DNA of 64,000 nucleotides, taken from assembly GCF_006345805.1 (NCBI RefSeq), contig NC_043001.1, positions 51,398,001 to 51,462,000 of the forward strand. Direction: 5' to 3'. A model generated the notes under the pieces. It was not told the origin of the DNA. It did no database searches and saw only the letters and a program-made list of their open reading frames with translations. Every line of letters begins with the position of its first letter. Positions within the stretch are counted from its first letter, which is position 1. The DNA comes from Octopus sinensis. Its lineage: Eukaryota. Shown piece by piece: positions 39,601-52,675 of this stretch. The translations under genes and the position numbers were made by a program.

Positions 39601-40886
39601 ATGATACATACATACATACATAACCTGGGCAAATTATTCTATCTGTTTGATATTCGAACTGGCCAGATCTGGCCTTGCCCATCGACCCTATAATGTTATT
39701 CTAAAAATAAATGATCACATTATCAAAATCTCAATGCTACAAGATAAGGCTTGATTAGTTCGAAACAATATATAAGTTAATAAGTATTACATTTGACAGA
39801 ATAATCTGAACACTAAAGGATTAAGTATTTATATACTTGGATGGGACATTGTGTTTTCATTTCCATTTATGGAGACTGTCAAATTTATCATGAAAACACT
39901 CTGTAATAATTAAGTGCACATCTTAAGTAAAATATATATGGGAGAAAAAGAAAAAAATATTACAGACAATAAAAGTATGGCATTGTGCAACAAACAAGAA
40001 TGTGAATGCAGACAGAAATCATTAGAAGTTTGTTGGGATGTACATGCAGTAATTCTAGATGTGGATGAACACCAGTTTCAAGACAAAATACTCTAAGGTG
40101 AATCCCTGTGGATTTCTGAAGACTTGAACAGAATACTATAAACTAAAAGAAATACTTTTGAACTATTAGGGGCTTACTATGGAAAGTTATACCTATCCCT
40201 GGTACTAATAAAGTTCACATAACACTGTGTAACACATGCGCACATATATTTATATATACATACAAGACAAGGTATGGTTAATGGTTTTTAAATGTTTTTT
40301 ATTGTAGTAAATTTGACTTATACCCATTTCCAGTTGTCATTATATGTTTGTTCATTGGTTGGTTTACTTAATCAGTCCATTGATTGGTTGAGAAAAATTG
40401 AATAACCTTAAATAGATAATAGTCATTCAATTTTTCTCAACCAATCAATGGATTAAGTAAATGAATTAATGAACAAACCAATAATGTCTATTGGAAACAG
40501 GTGTAAGTTGAATGTGTAACAATAAAGGAATATGCAAAGACCATCATTTATACCTTGATTTGTATATCACTCTGTAAAAGATCAATCTCACTGGAAATGC
40601 AACCATGGGTTTGCAATATAGAATGATGATGAACTTATAACCTTGGATCCTGCCATAAGCATCTACTCTTTACTTTTTTACTTGTTTCAGTCATTTGACT
40701 GTGGCCATGCTGAAGCACTGCCTTTAGGCGAGCAAATCAACCCCAGGACTTATTCTTTGTAAGCCTAGTACTTATTCAATCGATCTCTTTTGCCGAACCA
40801 CTAAGTTATGGGGACGTAAACACACTACCATCGGTTGTCAAGCGATGTTGGGGGACAAACACAGACACACAAACATATACACACAC

Positions 40887-40930
<44 letters not shown>

Positions 40931-43900
40931 GACAGGCTTCTTTCAGTTTCTGTCTACCAAATCCACTCACAAGGCTTTGGTCGACCCGAGACTATAGTAG
41001 AAGACACTTGCCCAAGGTGCCATGCAGTGGGAATGAACCCAGAACCATGTGGTTGGTAAGCAAGCTACTTACCACACAGCCACTCCTGTGCCTATGATAT
41101 TAAACTAGATGTTAAAAATAAATCTTATGTTCTCTTACTTATAAGAAAAAGACATTGCATAATAAAAGCTACACCCAAAACCTCTAAGCAGTTCTCACCT
41201 CTCGGGGGAAATTTCTCTCTCCCTTGTATTTCTCAGCAAATCTTCTTTCTCTCTGCCTCTTACTCTAAAAGCAGCTGTAGATGGCAGCATCAACAGTTGC
41301 CAGTCAAATTTCACACTTGTGTGATATATGAATACAAATTTTTTTTTTAATTCAATGTTTTTTACTCCAGTGCATTTGGCAGATTCTCCATCCTATAGTT
41401 AATATAACATGCAAACTTAAAAAGATGAAAGTTAAACAGAATTAAACTCACACGAATGTAGCCATCTTGACCAATGGTCATAAGTTCTCCTTCATCCAAG
41501 AAAATTTGCTGAATGTGTCCCACATGGCAGGTTTTGTTATTTTTCCGTCCAATCTGGACTTTAATCAGTCCACCATCCCACACCAACAGGTTTCCCCACT
41601 CGCAGCTGGAAACCACCTTGCCATCTGGGAGTTCAACGTATCCCTCAATATCTGACATTTCAGTTTTGCCAAATTTCCCAAGATACCCTTGAAGCTTCAA
41701 ACCTGTGAACGTATTTGCCATTTTCCAGAACCTGTGAGAAGAGAAAAAAACAAATGCATATCTATTAGAAATCATCATCATCACCACCACCAGCGTCGCC
41801 GTCATCATCATCATCATCATTTAGCATCTATTTCACATCTGTTTCCCATGCTGGCATGGTTTGGCTGGTTTGACAGGAGCTGTTAAGCCAATGAGCTGCA
41901 CCAAGCCCCGGTTCTCTGATTCGGCATGGTTTCTATGGCTGGGTGCCCTTCCTAAGGCCAACCACTTTACAGCATGAACTGAGTGCTTCTTACATGGCAC
42001 CAGCAAGAGGTCTTTTAATGCATGGCACTAGCATGGGTGCTTTAATGCATGGCACTTGCACAGGTGGTTTTTACACAGCACTAGCATAGGTATTTTTCAC
42101 ATGATGCCAGCATTGGGTGCTTCTTATGTAGTGCTGGCATGGATGCTTTTTATGTGATGCTAGCACAAGCACTCTTTACATGGCACCAGCATGCATCACT
42201 CTAACCCAGCCATATATAATGTGAAGTAACATTGCTGTCTTTATAATTTGTTGAAATTGTTTACCCACAGATTGTCCCAAATCAAGCAGATCTTTGATCA
42301 AATGCTTTTCAGTTAGGACCATATTGTTTTATTTTTTCTCTAGCTCCACATTACCTCATGTTTCTTTCCAGTTTTCATGACAGTATTTTATCCTCCTACC
42401 TCCTACACCTTTTCCATACTGACTTGCCATCATCTATTCTACTCACCATAACTGAAAGGAACTTTATTTTGTACATTTTGAATATCTTGCACAACCTCAT
42501 ACCTTCATCATCCATATTCTGCTGCTCCTCCACCTTTCCTTCTGAATCATCATGCTTGGGTGGTGAGGGGTTTGCACTCTGATAACCTTTATCCATCTCC
42601 CATGGTTCTCTTGGACATGTGACCTCAGAGATACCTTCTGGCTCATCATTTTATCTTTCTTCCATGCACCACTCTACCCAACCATTTGTAACATGGAATA
42701 ACACCACACTTTCTCTCACATAATCCTCCCACAATCCTTATCATTCTCTGACTCTCTGTCACTAATTCTTTGACACTACTCTTTTTCTTACCTCCTATCA
42801 CCCACTTCCATCTTATCTTTCCCCCACTTACCATTCTATCCATCCATCTATACAACTTCAGACAGCACTGCATCTTCTGCTCAATCCTCCCTATTTTCCA
42901 GTCAGTCTCTGACTCTTTTTCACTAAACTCCAGACACTACTTTTCCATTTCCCTCTCATCACATCCTTCTCTCACACTGTCTCTGTTAATCTCTCTTCCA
43001 CCACCTTCTCTCAGTAATAAACATGCTGAATTCCAATGAGAGCTGTCTTTGACCCCGATGAAGTGTCCAGATATGGCAAGCAGACCAACCACCCAGTCAT
43101 AAAGTTCACATATTCAACCAACCCTATCACCAATGTTACTTGTTGCCCAGTTCCTCCACATAGCTCTCTTTCCCTTCCTTTTTTCCTATCTCCTCCATTA
43201 CTCCATTACTCCCATCCTAACATTTTTCTCTCTATTTTTCTAAATCTGTTCCATCTATCACGGGAGCTCTCCTTCATCTTGCAAGCTACAAGATGATATC
43301 CACCAGTACTGATTCTCCAGAAAGCAGTACTCTCTATTAGTACTTAGTAATCAATCCAAGTAGTGACAACATAGGGATAGGGAGAGAGAGCTGTTTAGTC
43401 TTGCAAACAGCAAGGCAATCTATGGTGCTGTTGCCATGGAAAAATATACCCAGTATACTCTGTAGAGGGGTTGGTGTTAGGAAGATCATCCAATCATAGA
43501 CACAATGCCAAAACTGAGACATTGGAACAAGACATAATTCTCCTTGCCAGATCTTCTTAATCATTTAATCTATATTTGCATGGAAAACAAACATAAAATG
43601 ATAATGGTGATGTTTTTATCTCTTTATATTAACGTAGTTGGAATGAGTTGGTGAGTGAATAATCAGTAAAGTGCTCTCTCTTTAAATGTGGTCTGATACA
43701 TATATATATGCCTAGCAGAAGTGTTATTCCAAATGTGGGAGCAGTTCTCCATTGTGGCTCCCACTTGAGCTTTGCAGAAGTTAGTTGTTGATTGGAGCTG
43801 AAGTACATCCTGGTTATTAAGAGGCAGGCTCTTCATTAATAGAAAGCCCTCAAACTTGTCGTGATCTTGAGGGTTTCAGCTGCATGCTATTCATGTTAAA

Positions 43901-45473
43901 AGGAATAGGGTGAGACAACATTCTCTCGACATGTACTGTGACTTTATTTTTGAACAATTCAGTGGATTACAAATGATGTGACTTCAATGGAGAATGTTTA
44001 CAAAATTTTAGTTCATGCAATCAGAACAGATTTTCCAAGAGAAATTCAGGTGCTCCAGCATGGCCACTGTCAAATGACTGAAACAAGGAAAAGAGTAAAA
44101 GAGTATTGCGTGTCATTGATGCCTGGATGCAGAATGTTAGGGAAGAATGAAAGGTGGTAACATCTGTGTAGAAGCGGATGTTATTGGAAGTGACAGAGAG
44201 TAGGTCGTTGACATATCTCTATATATATAAAGCTGAATTTGTTTGTGTATGGCAGGTTTGGTAGCCTTCAACTAACACTCTCTCCTCCGATACCCTGCTG
44301 TGCAAGTTGACCAAAATTGAAAGCATGATAGAAGAAGGCTTGCTCTTCCTTCCGTAAAAGAAATAATTCAAATTGGACCATGTTAACACCAAAAATTATT
44401 TACATCAAAAAGGTGCTTTTTTTCTATGAAAATCCCTATTTTTTTACGATTGTTTGACTGCTGTGTCACCAATTTTCAGTGTATTTCAACCAGAAAAATG
44501 TTCACTTAAAGAGAATAACAAGCTACATAATGCAAAAATTCTAATTGTAAAGGGTCGAAACAAACCCAAGCAACGCCGGGCAATACTGCTAGTAATCTTA
44601 AAGATTTGAAGGTGGTCCACCATCAAGAAATACACAAATGAGAAACATCAGATTACTGTGGCTTAAAGTTACCTTACCTGATATGTCCCATTCCAGCAGT
44701 AGTCAGATATCCTTCAAGATCAGCAGAGAAGGACACTCGGTATATTTCCTGGGAGAAAGCTTTACACCTCAAGACAATCTGCTCCTGGGACCAATTCCAC
44801 AGAGTCAGCATATAGTCAGGCTCTCCACCTTGGGAAGCTAGTAATGCACCATCAGGACTGAAAACAAACAAACAAATAAATAAATAAATGTCTAGGGTTT
44901 ACTGAACTGGTAACACACTGGATAAAATTATCTGGGGTATTGACTTTGTGGTTCTTTAAGCTGTAAGTGCTAATCCCACCATAGTTGACTTTGCATCTTA
45001 TCATTAAATTGAAAGAGGATAATGAAGTCTCTTTTGGTGGGAGAAAGAAATCAAAGGCCTTGACTACAAACACAGGTCCTCCTACTAAATTGGGAAATTA
45101 ATTTAGAGACAGTAATTTCTAGTTTTTTCAGGTTATCCTCCTTATGACAATTTCTCTCTCTCTTATACACACACACACACTCACACTCACGTGTGTGTGT
45201 GTGTGTGTGTGTATAAATAGATAGATGTAGATATAGATATATAAATCCTGTAAAAGCATCCAATACTCTCTGTAAAATGGCTGACACTGAATAGGGCATC
45301 CAGTCATAGAAACCAGACCAGATCAGATGACTGGGGCCTGGTGCATCCCTTGGTTTGCCAGCTCCTCTCAAACCATCCAAAATATGTCAGTATGGAAAAT
45401 GGATGTTGAATGATAATGATGATGATGAGATGGGCTGAACATACTTTATTACATACCACTACAATATATAACA

Positions 45474-45530
<57 letters not shown>

Positions 45531-48132
45531 ATAGGATTAGCTCGTATACGAGTAGGTATATATTTGTAAAAAATGAAGTTCGAAAATGCTGCTGTATTAT
45601 ACAATTTTTAATTTTTATATATACATTATAACATGTTTCAGTTCCTGAAATGAACCTTATCAAAAAAAGTTATATATAAAAAAAGACAGCTCATGCCGTC
45701 AAACACAAGAAATTCATTTATAATACACAACGGAGTCAGACATCTTAGAGTTCATGTATAGTTGATATATAGTTCATGTATAGTTGATATATAGTTTGAA
45801 GTATATGTTCAAAGTGTTCGATGCAGTGGCCCATGGTGGCGATACGTATTCAATACAAAAAACAGATCAAAGTGGTGGAAAGCGGTCAATACAGAAGATT
45901 GATGTTTCCGAAAGAGCGAGGAATTCATTTTTACCTTAGGCAATTGTGATGACCCATGGTGGATGTTCGCTGGGTGGTTCTAGTGGGTTTTGTGAAGTGC
46001 TCGGTTTTATAATGTCTGTTAGGTGGTCAATCCAGCATAGCGTGACGTCATCAACGTTTTGACCAATCGTTTCGTTAGGTGGCTTTAGTCAAGCAGAACG
46101 GGACGTCATCATTATTTTGACCAATCGCTGCATTATAACTGCCTCTTGTTTGTTTCCTGTTTTGACCAGTCGCTTCGTTAGTCAAGCAGAACGGGACGTC
46201 ATCCAGATTCTGCCCAATCACGACTTATAGCTACATTAGATCTGCCCCCTGTCTGTACTTGTTAGGTGACTAGTCAAGCAGAAAAGGACGTCATCAATAT
46301 TCTGACTAATGACTGTCCCCTGTTTGTATCCTGTCCATTCTAGCAGAGCTAGACGTCATCAACTTGTTGACCAATCAGAATCGGGTCTGACCCTTAGCTG
46401 TATCGTATGTATCAGGGTCAGATTTGCACGAAAGAATTTTTTTTCCTTTTTTACTAAGGCATATTTCCGTCAGAGCGAGTGTCTGTTTAAAGTAGCGGCC
46501 GTGGTGGAATTTTGCTTCTCTCCTTTTCGGAGGACTTATCTTTTGTTTTAGTATTCTTGACCCAGGGTGTTTAAACTTGGTCTAAATTTTTTTATGAAAT
46601 ATAGTTCTTTATTTTGGCGTTGTGTGAAGGTTGCGTTGTCACTGAATTTATAGAGCGGGTTAGTTGTAAATTTCGGATTTACATTTCCAGCACATCTATC
46701 TATGTGTCCGCTGACCGGTATTTTGCGGTAATCAGGGTTTCTAATTTGTGATTTATGCACTGCCATCCTGTTACGTAAGCTATTTTTTGTATGGCCTATA
46801 TACTGCCTATTGCAGCCTGCGCATGTTATGACGTAAATTAAGTTTTCTGATGCGCAGGTGAAGTTTGTTCTAATGGTGAACTGGTGGCCTTGTTCCAGTA
46901 TAAATTCTGATCCTTCTTTCAAGATGACACAGATTCCGCAGTTGGGCCTTCCACATTTTCTAACTGCTGGTTTTGTGGTTGATGTTGAGTGCAGTGTAGC
47001 TTGGGTTAAAATCCTTTTCAAGGATTTTGGTTGCCGTTTACTTTTAATGATGGTGTGTGTTTCGAGGATCCGGTTCATCTTTGGGTCTCCCTTTAGTAGG
47101 GCTGTGCTTTGTAGTATGGTGTTGAAGGCCTCATTGTTGAGTGGGTTGTGTGTAGAGATGTAGGGAAGGGTTTTTAATTGTTCTTTCTTTTTGGTTTTGT
47201 TTGTCTCAGGTCTTCTATACTTAATTTAAGTACCCGTTGGATTGCACTGTCTATTAGGGGCTGTGGATAGTTTCTATTTGTGAGTGTGGTTCTAAGTTCC
47301 TGGAGACGTGTGTGTCGGGTTTTTTGTGTCTGATATTATGGTGCAAATCCTTCTAGCTAAACAAAAGGGACATTCATTCTAGTGTGTCGTGGGTGGCATG
47401 AATCAAAGGGTAGGTACTGTTTAGAGTCTGTCGGTTTATAGTAGATATCTGTCTCTATTTTGTTGCCGGTTTTCTTAATGAGGATGTCTAAAAATGGTAA
47501 TTCTTTTTCGTTGTGGTCCATCGTGAATTGTATATTTTCATTTATTCCATTTAATAGTATTTTAAATTCCTCAAGTTTCTCTATACCTTTGTCCCAGATG
47601 ATGAAACAGTCATCGAGGTATCTTTTCCAGTTGTTATGGATATAGGTGGCGAAGGTGTTTCCATATTTCTCGAGTGTCATCCGGTATAGTATTTTCTCGA
47701 GGTATCCCATCACTAGGTTGGCAAAAGATGGTGCAGTACGCGTGCCCATTGCTGTTCCCGATCTTTGCTTGTAGAAATCATTGTCAAAAATAAAATAATT
47801 GTTCTCTAAAATGAATCTAAGTCCTTCTATTATAAGGTCTTTGTTTATGCGAGTTGGGAGTTCAAAGGGGTAGTTATTCAGCCAGAAGGTGATCGCTTCT
47901 ATTCCTAGGTTGTGAGGGATGTTACATGTTATAATGTATATATAAAAATTAAAAATTGTATAATACAGCAGCATTTTCGAACTTCATTTTTTACAAATAT
48001 ATATATATATATTATATATATATATATATATATCCATGCCAGCATGGAAAATGGCTGTCAAATGATGATGATGATCTATTTATCTGTCTGTTTGTCTGTC
48101 TGTATATCTATCAATATTTATATATTTATACA

Positions 48133-48173
<41 letters not shown>

Positions 48174-48587
48174 CACAGAATTAGAGGAAGCAATATCCCC
48201 ATAAAAGAGTATTAAAAACATTCCAGATGCCAACTTGGTTTAACCAAATATATTGATAGAAAGTTCCTCAAAATATATATGTATAAACAGTCTCATATAA
48301 TTAAAAAGTCAATAAAAGAAAATGGAGAAGAAAAAAAAAGATGCTGGCTCATTTTAATTGTATCACAATCGGAAAAGTAAGACTAAAATATACTTATTTT
48401 TCCTGATGAGATCTAACAATATATCACTTATTACATCTACAAAGGTTACAATTATTGATGATTCAAAAATATTATTAGCTTGAAACATATGTAGAATTTC
48501 TTTTTGGATATTATTGGGTTGTTTTGTTGATGCAGTTCCTTTATATTAGTTCTTACAGGTATATCTTTTAATTTTTTTAATGTTTTA

Positions 48588-48620
<33 letters not shown>

Positions 48621-48666
48621 CAACTTGTGTGTTCCTTTTCATCCTTATACATATATATATATATAC

Positions 48667-48697
<31 letters not shown>

Positions 48698-49967
48698 TGT
48701 ATGTATGTATGTATGTATGTATGTATTTATTTAAGGTATATTCCATTAGGAATGTAGCAGAGTACAAAATACAGCTCTATCATATTCACTTATGTATATA
48801 TATATACTACACTCTCGGAGTGGTTGCGTTAGGAAGGGCATCCAGCTGTAGAAACTCTGCCAGATCAGATTGGAGCCAGTCCTCAGTCAAATCGTCCAAC
48901 ACATGCTAGCATGGAAAGCAGGTGTTAAATGATGATGATGAGGAGGATGATGTAATGAGCACTAGTGTTGTCAACATTATCAAGTGCACATACACAATGT
49001 ATGTGTTTTGTTTGCTTGTGATTATAGCTCCTGGGAGACAACTTCCTCATTACGTTGGGTGTTAAAATACCTGAAAGTCGTAGACAGTCGAGACAACTCA
49101 CCTCCAATCTCATTCAGAAGTGATGGATACCAATATTTCCCTATTTTTGTGGCTTGTCAACATCATGCACACAAATCAAACTAGGGACGGATTGACTAGC
49201 CAGACCATGACTATATATAAATGGTGTAAGAACCATTTGCTGGTATGCCATTGCGATGTATATGTAAGATTAAATTCAATGAATTAAAAGTGGTGATATT
49301 GTTGTAAATGTTATCAACCACACATACTCAGTGTATGTGTTTCATTTGTTTGCAAATTCGCTGCACCATAGTACTTGAGGGACGACTCCCTCATTGTGTT
49401 GGATGATAAATACCTGAACATCATTGAAAAACAAGACAACTCACCTCTGATCCCATTCAGAAATGTCTATTGCTTTCAAGTATTTTAACACCCAGCACAT
49501 TGAAGAGATCATTCCCCAGGTACTATGACATAACAAACCAACAAACAAGTAAAACACATACATTAAGCATGTGGTCAATAATATACACACACAGACATAC
49601 ATACATACAATACATATATACATATATGTATATATATAAAAATGTGACCGCGTGTGTACCATTGGCAATTTTTTTTCCTCTTTCTTCCCTTCTTGGATCT
49701 TTCCTTTTCCTATGTTTCTGATGAAGAGCTCCGCTCGAAACATTAAACCCTCCGTCTTTCCTTCTTTCCTGAACGTCCAATAGTACTATACTTGTTCCAC
49801 ATCTTCACGTTGTTGGGTTTTCATGTTTGGATTAACTATATATATATATATATATATAATATATATATCCATGCCAGCATGGAAAATGGCTGTCAAATGA
49901 TGATGATGATCTATTTATCTGTCTGTTTGTCTGTCTGTATATCTATCAATATTTATATATTTATACA

Positions 49968-50004
<37 letters not shown>

Positions 50005-50419
50005 CACAGAATTAGAGGAAGCAATATCCCCATAAAAGAGTATTAAAAACATTCCAGATGCCAACTTGGTTTAACCAAATATATTGATAGAAAGTTCCTC
50101 AAAATATATATGTATAAACAGTCTCATATAATTAAAAAGTCAATAAAAGAAAATGGAGAAGAAAAAAAAAGATGCTTGGCTCATTTTAATTGTATCACAA
50201 TCGGAAAAGTAAGACTAAAATATACTTATTTTTCCTGATGAGATCTAACAATATATCACTTATTACATCTACAAAGGTTACAATTATTGATGATTCAAAA
50301 ATATTATTAGCTTGAAACATATGTAGAATTTCTTTTTGGATATTATTGGGTTGTTTTGTTGATGCAGTTCCTTTATATTAGTTCTTACAGGTATATCTTT
50401 TAATTTTTTTAATGTTTTA

Positions 50420-50452
<33 letters not shown>

Positions 50453-50498
50453 CAACTTGTGTGTTCCTTTTCATCCTTATACATATATATATATATAC

Positions 50499-50529
<31 letters not shown>

Positions 50530-51647
50530 TGTATGTATTTATTTAAGGTATATTCCATTAGGAATGTAGCAGAGTACAAAATACAGCTCTATCATATTCA
50601 CTTATGTATATATATATATACTACACTCTCGGAGTGGTTGCGTTAGGAAGGGCATCCAGCTGTAGAAACTCTGCCAGATCAGATTGGAGCCAGTCCTCAG
50701 TCAAATCGTCCAACACATGCTAGCATGGAAAGCAGGTGTTAAATGATGATGATGAGGAGGATGATGTAATGAGCACTAGTGTTGTCAACATTATCAAGTG
50801 CACATACACAATGTATGTGTTTTGTTTGCTTGTGATTATAGCTCCTGGGAGACAACTTCCTCATTACGTTGGGTGTTAAAATACCTGAAAGTCGTAGACA
50901 GTCGAGACAACTCACCTCCAATCTCATTCAGAAGTGATGGATACCAATATTTCCCTATTTTTGTGGCTTGTCAACATCATGCACACAAATCAAACTAGGG
51001 ACGGATTGACTAGCCAGACCATGACTATATATAAATGGTGTAAGAACCATTTGCTGGTATGCCATTGCGATGCATATGTAAGATTAAATTCAATGAATTA
51101 AAAGTGGTGATATTGTTGTAAATGTTATCAACCACACATACTCAGTGTATGTGTTTCATTTGTTTGCAAATTCGCTGCACCATAGTACTTGAGGGACGAC
51201 TCCCTCATTGTGTTGGATGATAAATACCTGAACATCATTGAAAAACAAGACAACTCACCTCTGATCCCATTCAGAAATGTCTATTGCTTTCAAGTATTTT
51301 AACACCCAGCACATTGAAGAGATCATTCCCCAGGTACTATGACATAACAAACCAACAAACAAGTAAAACACATACATTAAGCATGTGGTCAATAATATAC
51401 ACACACAGACATACATACATACAATACATATATACATATATGTATATATATAAAAATGTGACCGCGTGTGTACCATTGGCAATTTTTTTTCCTCTTTCTT
51501 CCCTTCTTTGGATCTTTCCTTTTCCTATGTTTCTGATGAAGAGCTCCGCTCGAAACATTAAACCCTCCGTCTTTCCTTCTTTCCTGAACGTCCAATAGTA
51601 CTATACTTGTTCCACATCTTCACGTTGTTGGGTTTTCATGTTTGGAT

Positions 51648-51684
<37 letters not shown>

Positions 51685-52615
51685 TCGGGGTGAGTACTTG
51701 ATAATTATAAGCACCTGTGTATACCGTTTGGTGGTGTAGGTGGTGGAGTAAATTGATCAAAATAAAAATAAAAACATGATGCGAAGGATTCAGCGGTACA
51801 TATGTTTCGGGCCTTTATTAGACAGATTTATAACAATGCATAATGTATGTCTGTGGCCTTCTTCAGCCGCGCACAACAGCTTCCACAAGGACATGTGTTA
51901 CATCAAAAATTCTTGGTTGGGGATGCAAATCCTCTCATACGCGAATGAGAGGATTTGCATCTCCAACCAAGAATTTTTGATGTAACACATGTCCTTGTGG
52001 AAGCTGTTGTGCGCGGCTGAAGAAGGCCACAGACATACATTATGCATTGTTATAAATCTGTCTAATAAAGGCCCGAAACATATGTACCGCTGAATCCTTC
52101 GCATCATGTTTTTATTTTTATTTTGATCAATTTATATATATATATATATATATATATAGATATATATATATTACATACTCTCATCTTAATTAAATAATGA
52201 CGTTTACACACACACATCATTCTCACATACACATTCATGCTTGCGCACCTTCGTTGGGATCACCATTACTGTTTTTATTATTATCTCCCTTTTATTCAAC
52301 CCTTTTTTTCAATCATCTTGCCATGTTGGACCACTGAACTCTACACACTTTTTCTCTCTCCCTTTTTTCCTCTTATTCCTTTCTGTCAAAGAGCATAGGC
52401 TCGGAACATAGAAGACTTTTCTATCATTCCCGAGTGTTAAACAAATACACCTGCTTATTGTACCTACATCTGTTTTTGTCTTTTATTTGTCTGTAAATCA
52501 GAACTATATATATATATATGTATGTGTGTATATATATATATATATATTATATATATATATATCTATATATATGTGTGTGTGTTTGTGTGTATATATATGT
52601 GTGTGTGTTTGTGTG

Positions 52616-52675
<60 letters not shown>

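Larger units (their letters stand above)
51749..52134. repeat. 386-bp palindrome: 190-bp arms, 6-nt loop, one G:T mismatch seen
   Basis: Arms 51749-51938 and 51945-52134; mismatch at 51921/51962; mirror ORFs [11 protein letters not shown]. Confidence 0.97.
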
